Source: Callorhinchus milii (taxonomy: Eukaryota). Taken from it: DNA of 64,000 nucleotides. The DNA lies in contig NW_024704742.1 of assembly GCF_018977255.1 (NCBI RefSeq), positions 109,928,001 through 109,992,000 on the forward strand. Direction: 5' to 3'. Shown here piece by piece: positions 51,311 through 64,000 of the stretch. The position numbers and the translations under genes are program-made. Positions within the stretch are counted from its first letter, which is position 1. Every line of letters begins with the position of its first letter. The notes below the pieces were generated by a model, which saw nothing but the letters and a program-made list of their open reading frames with translations, did not search any database and was not told where the DNA came from.

Positions 51311-52399
51311 ATTTACAAATTTGGCTCTGGCCATCGCTCATTCAGGTCAACTTGTGCACAATGTCACCATCTATCACGATCCTATCAATGTCAATTAAGA
51401 CAGGTGTCCATGTTTAAGTAATTATTCTATTGTATGATATTAACTTGATCCTAACTACTGTTAATTGTCAATAGAATATTATGGACAACAGCTATACTTT
51501 TACACCATAGTGTTAAATTGTCCAAAACTGCACCTTGAAGTCAAAACTATACATACATAACTCGTATGTGTACGTACTATAGTAATATTGTCCATAACTT
51601 GCGTAGGTATAAATGTAAATAATGGTGATGGAGGTAATGGCTTAAAAATGAAATGTTGAATCAAGTTTTATGTTAGTCAAGAAGTTTCTTGAATACATGT
51701 TTTAATGTCTGAATTCAGCACAACTTAGATGTGGTTTACTCATTCTTTATTTATTGTACATGTGGATTTATTATAAATCCAAACCAAGGACACAGAACAA
51801 TAATCTAGTGCCGCAAGGCACAGTCATATCAGTTGCAGAACAAACTGAAATTCTCTTTGTCAGATTAGAATTACAGTTTGTTCTACAGAAAATTGATATA
51901 CCTTTCACGAGAAAGGGCACATTTTTCACCTTGGTACAACCTAGTACCACAACTCTGCTGTGTAAAATAGGTAAATATTGTGTAATTTATTTGCTCTACC
52001 ACAAACACTCTGTTCCTGTAACAATGACACGTGTATTTGGATAATAACAGAGCATGCTAAGCCAAATCCCTCCAAGGTCTTTATATCAAACATTTTCTCT
52101 TAGGTACACATGACATTATATGCATTTGGTAGAAACGTGTTCCTCAATAAATAACAAAGGGCAAAAGACACGGCTGGCTATGTTTATGGAACTGTAATAT
52201 TCTTTTCTAGGTATTTTTTTTAGACCTTCCTTCAACTATAATGCAATAAATGACTCAATTAAAGTAGATTATTCCTGTATTAAATTGATTTAATTAAGTA
52301 TATGGAATAAATAGAAAAAGCAGGCTACACTTGGAAATAAATTTCTTAAGTAAAAACTATTAAGTGATTTTACAGCTGCATTGTTTGTGGTAAAGTTCA

Positions 52400-52830
52400 T
52401 TTCCATGGCATGACAAAAGCACTGATTTTTGTAAGCAAACAGTTTCCGAATGTGGTTGCAGCCTTGAATAAAGTATAGAGTTGTTGGGATGTGGAATGCC
52501 CTGCCAAGTAAAGTGTTAGAGGCAGAGTCTGTTGTGCATTCAAGAGGGAATTAGAAAGGTATACGAAAGATAGAAGCTTGAAGGGTATGGGGATAGGTGA
52601 AACAGTTGGATTGAATGAACAGATTGCTCTGAGAGCAGTCTCGATGGGCTGAATGTCCTCCTTCTGCATTATTAATTTCTAATGATAAAGTATTTGTGGG
52701 TTACTTCGCAAACTTCTCCCTCCTGTATGCAATGAGTTTCCCTTTAAATGCATTGATGCTTTCAACTTCAACTACAGCTCTGGCAGTGAGTTCCACATTC
52801 TCACTTTGTGTAGAGACGTTCCTGTGAAAC
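52400..52830. mobile_element. Old CR1 3' ends (one + strand, one - strand)
   Basis: GGATGTGGAATGCCCTGCC...GCATTCAAGAGGGAATTAGA...GATGGGCTGAATGTCCTCCTTCTG, followed by antisense TGGCAGTGAGTTCCACATTCTCAC. Confidence 0.55.
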
Positions 52831-53085
52831 TCTGTTTTACAAAATCTTAATTGTCTCACTTAAGGTTTTGACCAGTGAGACAATTATGGTTTTGCACAGA
52901 ATTTAAATAAAGAATAAAGCATCTCCCCCCGACCCTAAAAAATAATCCTTTGTTAATTCCACTTAATTGTCACTATTTATCTACATTGATTGTTTTCCAT
53001 CCCGCATGCTTTAGCTTGACTTAAAGAATTGGAACAGATAGAAAAATGTTCAACGAAAATCNTTTTTTTTAACCTTTATAAGCAG

Positions 53086-53935
53086 GTGGCACCCTGGCTC
53101 AGTTGGCAGTACTCTTGCCTCCGAGTCAGAAGGTTATAGGTTCAAGCCACACATCTACTTTGAACTCACAGTCTTGTCTAGTACAGTGCTGGGGGAGTGT
53201 GGAATTGTCAGAGGTGCCATTCTTCATATGAGGCGTTAAATCGAGGTCACATCTGCCTGTTGAGGTACGGTAGATGTTAAAGATTCTGTGACTCTATTTG
53301 AAAACAAAGGGAGTTTTCTCCTGTGTCATGGCCAACAATCTGCCAGGTAAAATTAATTATCACGTAAAAATTGTGTCCTATAGCTTAGTGGTTAGAGCAC
53401 TCGCCTCGCAAGCGAGAGACCTGGGTTCGATTCCCAGCAGGACGAAACGTTGGGCAACTTGAAATGTTGCCACCCTGTGAAATGTTGAACAGTTTCCTTA
53501 GTCCACATACCTCTGTTTACCTAGCAATAAGTAGGAACCCAGTTGTTAGTCAATTGGCGGATCGCTTTTACGGGGGTCATAATTCCTTCAAAATAAGTAA
53601 AAATAATTTGGTAGAAACTCAATCCATGACGTTTTATGGGACACTGCTGTACACAATTGGCTGCCATATTTCGCCCACAAAATATACAGGCAATTCACTT
53701 TACAGTATATTCTGTGAAGTGCTTTGAGACATTTCGAAGAGTGATAAGGTGCTATGTCAAATGTAAGGATTATTATTTTATAACTGTTTGTGGGACATTA
53801 TTATGAACAAATGGGATGCTGCTTTGCTTACAAAAATTGAAAGTCACTGCACTTTACAGTAAAATCCTCTAAAAGTCTTTGCGATGTCTTGAAGATGAAA
53901 TAAGGTGCTATATGAAATATAAGGGTTATATTATA
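53086..53935 (+). mobile_element. Older Deu-type (SacSINE1-like) SINE hosting a full-length young SINE
   Basis: Head TGGCTCAGTTGGCAGTACTCTTGCCTCCGAGTCAGAAGGTTATAGGTTCAAGCCCCAC. The host resumes at ~53781 with ACTGTTTGTGGGAC...GGTGCTATATGAAAT. Confidence 0.75.
53373..53780 (+). mobile_element. Full-length long-form tRNA-Ala SINE (nested)
   Basis: GTCCTATAGCTTAGTGGTTAGAGCACTCGCCTCGCAAGCGAGAGACCTGGGTTCGATTCCC head, long-form segment and tail. Confidence 0.92.
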
Positions 53936-53951
53936 TATGATCTACAACTTT

Positions 53952-54140
53952 AACAACAGCAACAACTTGCATTTATATAGCGCCCTTCATGCAGAGTAGG
54001 GTCTTGGAACACTTAACAGTGGTGGAACTTGACGCCAAGCCAGGGAGAGTGAGGAGATGCCGTAGGCACGGTTGAAGAAGAAAGTCTTCAGATGTGATCT
54101 GAAGACAGGGAAGGAGGGAATGTGAAGGGATGGCGGAATG
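53952..54140 (-). mobile_element. L2 3' tail fragment
   Basis: AACAACAGCAACAACTTGCATTTATATAGCGCCCTTCA. Confidence 0.6.
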
Positions 54141-55413
54141 ACAATACGAGCATTGTATGTAAAATTTGATTGTAGGCTCAGCCCTCACAACATTTATGGA
54201 CCAACAGAGAATAAGATGTCTTCACCCACAAAGATCTGCAAATTTATTGCCTTTGGAGTATTGTATCATTGGAGATTCATAAAAATGGGGCAGACACAAG
54301 ATGGAAGAATTGATCACTGAAAGTATTTTTATACATTTATAGACATGCCTTCGATGAGCCCACAAGTGTGCATTCCTGTTTAAGGAGGGTTCCTGTTATC
54401 AAACTGACCTTCAAAAGATCAAAGTGCTGAATACAAAGCCATTCATAAATCTAGCGAAAATAGGAACTTATAAAAGGGAGAGTTCTTTGAATGTCAATAT
54501 TTAATAGGAGGAACCATGCAATTACATAATTGAAAAATGTCCTTACAGCAGTACTGGGATTTCGAAAGAGACACATTTGCAAGAGAGGTTTGGATGAAGA
54601 AGTACCTCCAGCCTATTTGCTCTCATTCTTCCAGAACACCTACCCTGCCATTCCACACAAATCAAGCTGCCTGCATGCCAAATGGAAATGTTCCTTCATA
54701 CTTTCAACCATTTTTTACTTCACATATAAATTGCCAGGTTTGCAGACCCCCCTAAGAGTATCAGGTGGTAAAACAATTACTTGGTTTGAAGCCACCATAC
54801 AGACCTGTCAGCTTTAACCGCTGGTTTGGGCTAAATTAGCTAATCTCAAACAAGATGATCTGATACGAGTGACTTCATCTAAGGTGTGGCTTTTAATGGT
54901 GTTCGGAGGAGAGGGGATAGATACTGTACCATCATTAGAGTGCTGCTGAAATAAATCAGTTTGGGTTTCAAGAGCCAGGTCTGAGTTGCCTGTGATAAGA
55001 AATATAAAATGATTGAGAACAGACAGCTAATCTACCATTAATAAACAATTATGCAAATAAATTTGCCTTATACATGTAATAAATCAGGTTAGTAACACTA
55101 TATGTAACAAAATAAAATAGCTTGTCCATTCAGAATCATTGTAAAAAAATATTAATATGCCATTTAACACTAAGCACTGAAGATAAGCAGAGCTCCTGTT
55201 CGGGCCATTATTGAATTCCACAACTGATACATCGAACAGGAATCCACATGCAATGAATTCTATCCATGAACACTAAAACTTCGGCTGGCCGGACCAAAGG
55301 GAGAGAGATCCGGACAATGAACTGAATTTCGGGCTAACTATAATTATAATTCCAGTGCTGACATTTACAAGCTTTTCTCAGTGACGAGAAATGCTGGTCC
55401 TGTCATTGTAATT

Positions 55414-55473
55414 GTTTGAATCCCCCGAGCAGAAGGTAGCAAATAAACTATCTTCTGCTCGTGGGATTCAAAC
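55414..55473. other. Near-perfect 60-nt hairpin (26-bp stem, 8-nt loop)
   Basis: GTTTGAATCCCCCGAGCAGAAGGTAG-CAAATAAA-CTATCTTCTGCTCGTGGGATTCAAAC, with one mismatch and one G-T pair. Confidence 0.85.
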
Positions 55474-57216
55474 TGAGTCAAAGTCGATATACCTGAGTAC
55501 TGAAGGCCAACAAGGACGGTGAGGCGGGGGCACAGTAGGAGAGTGGGCTGGTGGGATGTATCATGGAATTTAAAAAAAAAAACTTTTTGCTTTTGGGCTG
55601 ATTTCCAGATACAGTAAGCTAGGGGTTTCCTTTATTAGTTTAAAATGTACACCTTGAAATGGTGCAGGTTCTGTCTCACATAGTGAGTTCCTGATCTCAA
55701 CCAGAATATCTATAGGGAGGGAAGTCGGGGAAAATTCACACAAAATGTATCTGAGAATACATTACTGTGTAACTGTCAGGTATAGAGCGACATAACAGAG
55801 CCTTAAGAATAACTCACTTATCTTCTTGGTAAGGCGTATATAGCACAGAGGAGCCCAAAGTAGGAAGATTTTATATTAACTTTAGCAAATAGTTAGAATA
55901 TACAATTGTGTTTAAAAAAATATATTGTATAACAATTGGACTGGCTAAATGAATCTAAGATGAATCTTTAGGTGTAAACAGATGTAAATTAGGGGATTCA
56001 TTTATGATGTATACACTATGTATGTAAATTGTAAATCTATATACTTACATACAAATACAATTGACTAATATTACACGTTCAACATAAGTTTATAGATACA
56101 ATTAGATTAGTGAATTTCACACTCTTTAAAAATCATTCCGCTCTGTGCTTTGATAGTAAATTAATTGATGAGTTTGCACTCATCTCTGATCAGTATGTTT
56201 GGTAGGTTTTGTCCCCATGATCTTTTATATAATAATGCAATTTTGAAGCATTACTGACCTAACATTGAAGATGTAACATGATATTATTTTAAAATTGCAT
56301 TAGAGTTATTCATAAGGCTATATAAGAGAGAACAGCAATTAGCTTCCATCAAACTAAAATATTAGGAGCACATAGACCAGAATAACCAATGTGTCTTTTG
56401 CCTTAATTTTAAGTGAGAACATTGTAATCATAGATAATGTACTTGGAAGAACCTCAAGGTTATTAATTATCAGATTTTAATTTTCTTATATTAAATGTTC
56501 CTGATCTTTCGTTTACACACCCATACAGTTCATATTTCTGCAAAGCAGCACCTAAGAAAATGTAAAATGTCCATTTTAAATCCTTGCCTTTCACAAGGTA
56601 CCTGCTTATCCAAAAAGGATATATCCAAATACTGTATTCAATGGAACTTTCGTTGTTACAAAAAAGTGTTTCTTTCTTAAGAAACTTCATTTAACCCATA
56701 GGAGATGAGCATATTTGCACTTTAGTGAAATGTTTCTGAATGGTTTTATTTTGAACCTCAATCTCCTGAAACTGAAAGCATTGAAACTTTATACGCAAAT
56801 GTTCTGGTTGTCCCTAGTGAATTAAAGCGTAAAAATCTTTGATAGCATTTCAATAATAGCTTCAGCCTGGCAGATATATTAACTTAATTTCTTTTGCAGT
56901 CATTACCTGGGCCAATAGAAAAATGCGGAAATGTTTGACGGAAATTTGTGGGGAAATTTTTGCCACATTTTGCAGAATATTGCGGGGGGTTGATTGATGC
57001 TATTGAGGTACATTTTACTGACAACCTATATTTTTTCACTTTATTGTTAAAAAACTAAGCATGAGGACATAACACATTAGATTGTTGCAAAAAAAATTAT
57101 TAATTGCATCTTTAACAAAAGTTTGGTGGTCCATTTTTATTTTGGGGTGGAGCGGGGTGGGGACACACCAGCTAGCTACAGGAGCTCACCACTTCCTGCA
57201 TCTCAGGGCATGGCAC

Positions 57217-57426
57217 CACACAAAGACACAGAGGCAGAGACCGAGAGAGACACACATACTCAGAGACACAGAGAGAGACACAGATACAGAGAGACACAGA
57301 TACAGAGAGACACACATACTCAGAGACACACAGAGAGACACAGATACAGAGAGACACATACTCAGAGACACAGAGAGAGACACAGATACAGAGAGACTCA
57401 CACAGATACACACACAGACACACACA
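57217..57426. repeat. Compound GA/CA minisatellite
   Basis: Unit ...CATACTCAGAGACACA(G/C)AGAGAGACACAGATACAGAGAGAC repeated about three times. Confidence 0.9.
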
Positions 57427-57427
57427 T

Positions 57428-57560
57428 GTGGCTCGGAGTGAAGCACATTTCCCACTTGTGCCGCACCGCGCATGCGCATCTGGAGCCGCACGGCCCACAT
57501 TGACGTCAGGTAAACAGCCGGGAACTACATTTCTGGTGGTTTGTAGCGAAGACACTGATC
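57428..57560. promoter_or_regulatory. CpG-rich island with promoter motifs (NRF1, CRE, forkhead, ACTACA)
   Basis: CGCGCATGCGCA 57467-57478, TGACGTCA 57501-57508, GTAAACA 57510-57516, GGGAACTACATTTC 57520-57533. Confidence 0.65.
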
Positions 57561-58318
57561 ACAGCACCACACAACACAGCACAGCACCACACAACACAAC
57601 ACAGCACAGCACAGCACAACACAGCACCACACAACACAGCACAGCACAGCACCACACAACACAACACAGCACAGCACCACACAACACAACACAGCACAGC
57701 ACCACACAACACAACACAGCACAGCACAACACAGCACCACACAACACAGCACAGCACCACACAACACAGCACAGCACCACACAACACAGCACCACACAAC
57801 ACAGCACAGCACCACACAACACAGCACCACACAACACAACACAGCACAGCACAACACAGCACCACACAACACAGCACCACACAACACAGCACAGCACCAC
57901 ACAACACAGCACCACACAACACAACACAGCACAGCACAACACAGCACCACACAACACAGCACAGCACCACACAACACAGCACAACACAGCACAGCACCAC
58001 ACAACACAGCACAGCACCACACAACACGACACAGCACAGCACAGCACAACACAGCACCACACAACACAGCACAGCACCACACAACACAGCACAACACAGC
58101 ACAACACAGCACAGCACCACACAACACAGCACAGCACCACACAACACAGCACAGCACCACACAACACAGCACCACACAACACAGCACAGCACCACACAAC
58201 ACAGCACAGCACCACACAACACAGCACCACACAACACAGCACACACACACACCACAGCACCACACACACACAGCACACACACACACACACACAACACACA
58301 CAGCACACACACACACAC

Positions 58319-58355
<37 letters not shown>

Positions 58356-60054
58356 CACACACACACAGCACACACACACAACACAGCACAGCATCACACA
58401 CACACACAGACACACACACACACAGCACACCACACAACACAGCACCACACACAGCACACACACACACACACACAGACACACACACACACACAGCACAGCA
58501 CAACACACAGCACAGCACACACAACACAGCACAGCACCACACAACACAGCACAGCACCACACAACACAGCACAGCACCACACAACACAGCACAGCACCAC
58601 ACAACACAGCACAACACAGCACAGCACAACACAGCACCACACAACACAGCACAGCACAACACAGCACAGCACCACACAGCACAGCACAACACAGCACAGC
58701 ACCACAAAACACAGCACAACACAACACAGCACAGCACAACACAGCACCACACAACACAGCACAGCACCACACAACACAGCACAGCACAACACAACACAGC
58801 ACAGCACAACACAGCACCACACAACACAGCACAGCACAGCACCACACAACACAGCACAACACAGCACAGCACAGCACCACACAACACAGCACAGCACCAC
58901 ACAACACAGCACAGCACAACACAGCACCACACAACACAGCACAGCACCACACAACACAGCACCACACAACACAGCACAACACAGCACAGCACAACACAGC
59001 ACAGCACCACACAACACAGCACAGCACCACACAACACAGCACCACACAACACAGCACAGCACCACACAACACAGCACAGCACCACACAACACAGCATAAC
59101 ACAGCACAGCACCACACAACACAGCACAGCACCACACAACACAGCACCACACAACACAGCACCACACAACACAGCACCACACAACACAGCACAGCACAGC
59201 ACAGCACCACACAACACAGCACAGCACCACACAACACAGCACCACACAACACAGCACCACACAACACAGCACAGCACCACACAGCACCACACAGCACAGC
59301 AACACACAACACAGCAAAACACAGCACAGCACCACACAACACAGCACAGCACAACACAGCACAACACAGCACAGCACAACACAGCACCACACAACACAGC
59401 ACAACACAGCACAGCACAGCACCACACAGCACAGCACAGCACAGCACCACAAAACACAGCACAACACAGCACAGCACCACACAGCACAACACAGCACCAC
59501 ACAGCACAACACAACACAGCACCACACAACACAGCACCACACAACACAGCACCACACAACACAGCACAGCACCACACAACACAGCACCACACAATACAGC
59601 ACAGCACAATACAGCACAACACAACACAGCACCACACAACACAGCACAGCACCACACACCACAGCACAGCACCACATAGCACAGCACCACACAGCACCAC
59701 ACAACACAGCACAACACAGCACCACACAACACAGCACAGCACCACACAACACAGCGCCACACAATGCAGCACAGTGCCACACAGCACCACACAATACAGC
59801 ACCACACAGCACAGCACCACACAGCACAGCACCACACAGCATAGCACCACACAACACAGCACCACACAGCACAACACAGCACCACACAACACAGCACAAC
59901 ACCGCACAACACAGCACAGCACCGCACAACGCAGCACTACACCACACAACACAGCACCACACAACACAGCACTACACCACACAATACAGCACAACACAAC
60001 ACAGCACCACACAACACAGCCCACCACAACACAGTACAACACAACACAACACAG
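57561..60054. repeat. 2.5-kb pentanucleotide-variant satellite (ACAGC/ACCAC/ACAAC) with a (CA)n-rich core at ~58240-58500
   Basis: Read directly from the sequence; the + strand is almost T-free. Confidence 0.98.
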
Positions 60055-60203
60055 AGCTCTGTGGCTCTCACTGATTAATATGTTTAAAATGTTCATCTTA
60101 CAAGAGAAAGTCCCACCTTAAAATTTAACTGATTTCAGATCATTCACATATAAATATGTGGCTGAGGTTAATACTTAATACTTAATACTTGTTTTAATAC
60201 TTG

Positions 60204-60452
60204 TCCAACCCACTCGTCCCACCATTGGCGGGAGAGGCTTCAGCCACTCTGCCCCCAACCTCTGGAATTCCATCCCCCAATCACTCCGCCTCGCCCCCTC
60301 CTTAGCTCCTTCAAGTCCCGCCTCAAAACCTTCCCCTCCCTTTCTCCCCCTGACCCCAGCTCGAGTCTGAACTGCTGTACACTGTCCAGCACCTTGGGAC
60401 GTCCTCCCAATGTGAAAGACGCTATACAAATGTAATTGTGTTGTTGTTGTTG
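60204..60452 (+). mobile_element. L2 3' fragment
   Basis: CCCACCATTGGCGGGAGAGGCTTCAGCC...GGGACGTCCTCCCAATGTGAAAGACGCTATACAAATGTAATTGT(GTT)n. Confidence 0.88.
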
Positions 60453-63400
60453 CCTTACATATGAGGGTTTCCTAGACAGTTGTTTGTACACATTTTGGAA
60501 TCAAGGCTATCACTAGGCTTCTTCAAACCCAAACTAGTTTAGTGTGTTCCTTGTTTAAAGTTATGTAACAGGCGCTGATCTCATTCTGTTTCATGTGTTG
60601 CTTCCTTTTCATGATTAGCTAGGGAATAAATTCAATAAATAAATGACATAACAGTTCATGTCCCCATAGCTATGTGTTTACTTTTAAGCAAATATCCCCT
60701 CCTGATGTAACACGAACAAGGCAGTCAATTTGAAACAATAAATTGTTAACAGTGCAGGTCCTGTAACATTAATTCTTCAGATACTATATTGCAAAATATA
60801 TTTTTTTAACCCCATGTTATAAGATATTAATCTTCAAATGGAATGACAATATTGGGAACATTTAATATAAGGAAGTTAATTTAAATTCAAATTGAAACCT
60901 TTCTGTAAATGACAATGGACATCTCAGTATTTGAGGGGTTCAGACAGAAAACAAACTGAACACAAATATATGATGTCATTTGAACCCCTTGACTGGATTA
61001 GCGGGCTTTCAATTCACTGAAAGACCCATTGTTCTCTGCATACTCAAAGAAACCCAGCCCTTTGGTGTGAGAGAAGCTGCATTTTTATTTTTACTTGGAT
61101 GAACATTTTTGTAACTTGCCTGTAGCCCCAAAGATAAAAGGAACATTACTAAAATCGGAATGGTGGGTACCAGGCATCATTTGATTCATTTCTGATGGGA
61201 GATTTTGTGCAGAAAGTATGATGTACATTAGCTGAGTGAACTGCACTTACTGCACTTACTGGTTGCTAGGAAATGCTTTACAAAAGGTGATGGTCTTATT
61301 ACAGTATTACTGTCATGTTCTGTGATCAGCCTTAGCTTAAAAAACAACTTGAAGGTTCAAAGGAAAGCTGAATTAGTATTTGTAATCAAAAGTATTGAAT
61401 GTAATAAAGGGCATTGGGTCTGTTGAATATATAAGTATTTAAAGAACAAAAGGAATGTTTATTGTTTATTATTGATTATTTTTGAACCAGACATGTTCCT
61501 TTGTATTTTTCACCTTTTATAACTATGACACTTCAGTTCTGGTAGGAAGCAAAGGAGGCTCAACCCCAAAACATCAGTGTTTTGTTACATCTATTGTTAA
61601 TCTGTTGCTACAGGAAGGGTGAGAAATACCAGGATATATACAAATCTAGTACAGATTGGAAACAGATCCTTTGGTTCAGTCTATGTAGTTCCTTTGTTTA
61701 AAAAAGGATCTGTATACCATAATTATGGTTTTCAGATATTTGGAAAAACATACCTTTTATCGCTTTGACTTCCTTCCTTAAAGTAAATTGACTCCAGAGG
61801 CCAACAAATATGCAAAAACTATTTTAATGAGCAACAGAGCACACTTGAAATATCATACTTGAATAACAACTGACCATGATTGAATTATGGAGTTTAAAGA
61901 CTTTTCTACAATTTTGTATCAATTATCAGGGCTTTTTTGTAAATGTTTGCCTCATTTCAGATTGGGATAAAATCCATGATTGGACAAATTGTAGTTAGGT
62001 TGCAGAATGAGGAGATTTATTGGACCAAATGGCCTTTCTCCTTCCATGCTTTTGATGTTCTGAAATTTGCGTTCATATGTCGTGTCTATTCAAAGGAACT
62101 CACTCCCCAGTGAGATGTAAACTAAACTGTTTAAGAATAATTACAGTATCCTAAATAGGAAACAAGGCAATGTTTTGAATTTTTAAAAAAAATATGATTC
62201 ATATTTAAATAGGAGACTGACTGTTGTTTCAGGCTGTTATGTTCAGTGAATATTACTTCAGTATTTTACTTTGCTTAAGTTTTTGAAGTCTGAATGAGAT
62301 TTGATTGTGGACAATTTGTTTCTTTTAGAGGAAGTGCTTCAGTTTTCCACGAGTAGTTTTGAACGCAGTCAAGTTTGAAATTGTGCACACTGCATGACAG
62401 AAAAAGTTAGCTTTCTTTTTCATGTGAAATAAAGAAAAAAAAGATGAAAGCACATCACAGAATATTAAGTATACTACTTTATTCAACAAGATTTTGCTGT
62501 TTTACAAGTAACACAAATCACGCTGTTAAGGAAACTGCTAAGTCACCAACTTAGTTGTAACTAGATGATCATAATTACGTACCACTGAATTTCTCAATCA
62601 ACTGCTAATTACTTACCAATACATCAAAATCGTTACATTATCAAATACAAATTCTCAGTTGTCTGAGTTTGCTTACTGTTGTAAAAGAAATAAAATAAAG
62701 CAGCCCATTTGACAAAACAGTATGTGCTATAAACATTAATAGATAGCCTTATTGATTTGAATATAACAAATTAATGAAGAAGCCTATAAACAGTTGCAGT
62801 GTAAACTGCTCTCACCCTATAATACCTCCCAGATATTAATTCTTCTCTATAAATTATTGAATATTTATAGAGAAGAATTAATATTGGGTATAAATACGAA
62901 TGGATGCAGTTTTATTTGTAGAAATGTACGTCTACAAATATAAGGACCAAATTCTCTTGTTGTGCACTCCTCAGTCTCTTCCAAAGTCATTTTCAGCATC
63001 GATTTGTGAGTTTCAGGATTGACTTTCCCATTCAAACAAAATTCTATCCTAAAATTGAAGTAAAATCTAGAGGACATTCGAATATATCCTGACCCATAAA
63101 TAGTAAAAATGGGAATTGTCAGCATGTGATGTTAATGAATAAAAGTGTAGATATAAAAGAATTGAAAAGATTATTAAAGTTATTGAACTTATGTGTATTA
63201 TTCTCCACTTGTCAATAGATTTGCTTGTTTTAGCGGTATACGCACACTTACAATGGGATGTTGGTGGGAGAGTAACCGTACTGATCTTCACTCAATTCCT
63301 CAACCATACAGCAGAACTACTTGGATTTTCCCGTTAACTCCACTCATCCACTTAACTAAACAAATAACTAAGCTCACCATAACTTCAGATACAGGTATAG

Positions 63401-64000
63401 GACTAGTTTGAGAAAGTCAGTTATTCTTTAGTTAGTGAACGAACCCTGTCTAGTGTTATTGATACAATCTAAATTGCTCAGATTTTGTGAAGAGAATCTT
63501 ATATTTGTGTTACCTGCATCAAATCTATAACTTTAAATTTGTCATTATTGTGAAGCTGTTAAATATTTTTACAAAAGATGTTCAAATCAAACTTATGCAT
63601 TACAAGTGCATATTAACTATATCACAATATAAATTTCCAGCAACATAGTAAAAAGTGATTCAGTTTAAAACCTAGTCCTGCAGCTTCTTGGGAACCATTC
63701 TACATTTTGACTGGCCAGCACTTAAGGTTAATCCTAATATTTGTTTCTCATTTTCTTCCATTGTTTTTTTTGCCTCTCCACTCATAAAACTGATATGATA
63801 TTTGGGTAGAGTTCCATGGTTGTTCACAATCCTTCAGAAAAATACAGATTATTATACAGCAACTTGATGACAGAGCCTGTACTTACAATGAGCATGCATC
63901 AATGTTCTTCTTGGACCTGAACACTGGAGGGATAACATTAAAGTTCAGCACCAGCTGTTGGTTGAGTTAAACCTGGTCCTGAAAGTGCAGGGCTGGTGTA

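Noticed and set aside
53062..53062. Single ambiguous base N
   Set aside because: Assembly ambiguity next to a poly-T run; not biological.
57561..60054. CRISPR-like or information-bearing array
   Set aside because: No constant repeat with unique spacers, no cas genes, and a eukaryotic context. It is a variant-unit satellite.
57428..60121. 897-aa His/Thr/Gln-rich ORF and 292-845 aa Cys/Val-rich antisense ORFs
   Set aside because: Artefacts of a nearly T-free pentamer satellite that can hardly encode stop codons; several frames on both strands are open.
62865..63125. ORF containing MLKMTLEE, reminiscent of a macrodomain protein N-terminus
   Set aside because: The similarity is limited to a few residues, with no supporting splice sites or further homology.

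Overview
This is AT-rich, CpG-depleted vertebrate genomic DNA, not a prokaryotic or viral locus. The repeat content (tRNA-derived SINEs with Deu-domain-like bodies and (ATT)n tails, L2 LINEs with (GTT)n tails, CR1 LINEs with an esterase ORF1) suggests a cartilaginous fish, probably a chimaera such as the elephant shark (inference). No host gene could be identified; only a few low-confidence short candidate exons were seen, so the window looks intronic or intergenic. Main features: a young 5'-truncated L2 with an uninterrupted RT reading frame (45.9-48.2 kb); a decayed, internally deleted CR1 (7.4-10.2 kb); about ten copies or fragments of a tRNA-Ala-headed SINE that shares its 3' tail with the L2, several nested in older repeats; and a 2.5-kb pentamer-variant satellite. 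That satellite and a GA/CA repeat enclose a ~130-bp CpG-rich island packed with promoter motifs (NRF1, CRE, forkhead, ACTACA). Two strong unexplained hairpins lie at 35.9 and 55.4 kb. Most ORFs in the track, including the 500-900 aa ORFs at 57.4-60.1 kb, are repeat artefacts. Repeat boundaries were set by eye and are approximate. Family names come from recalled consensus features, not database searches.
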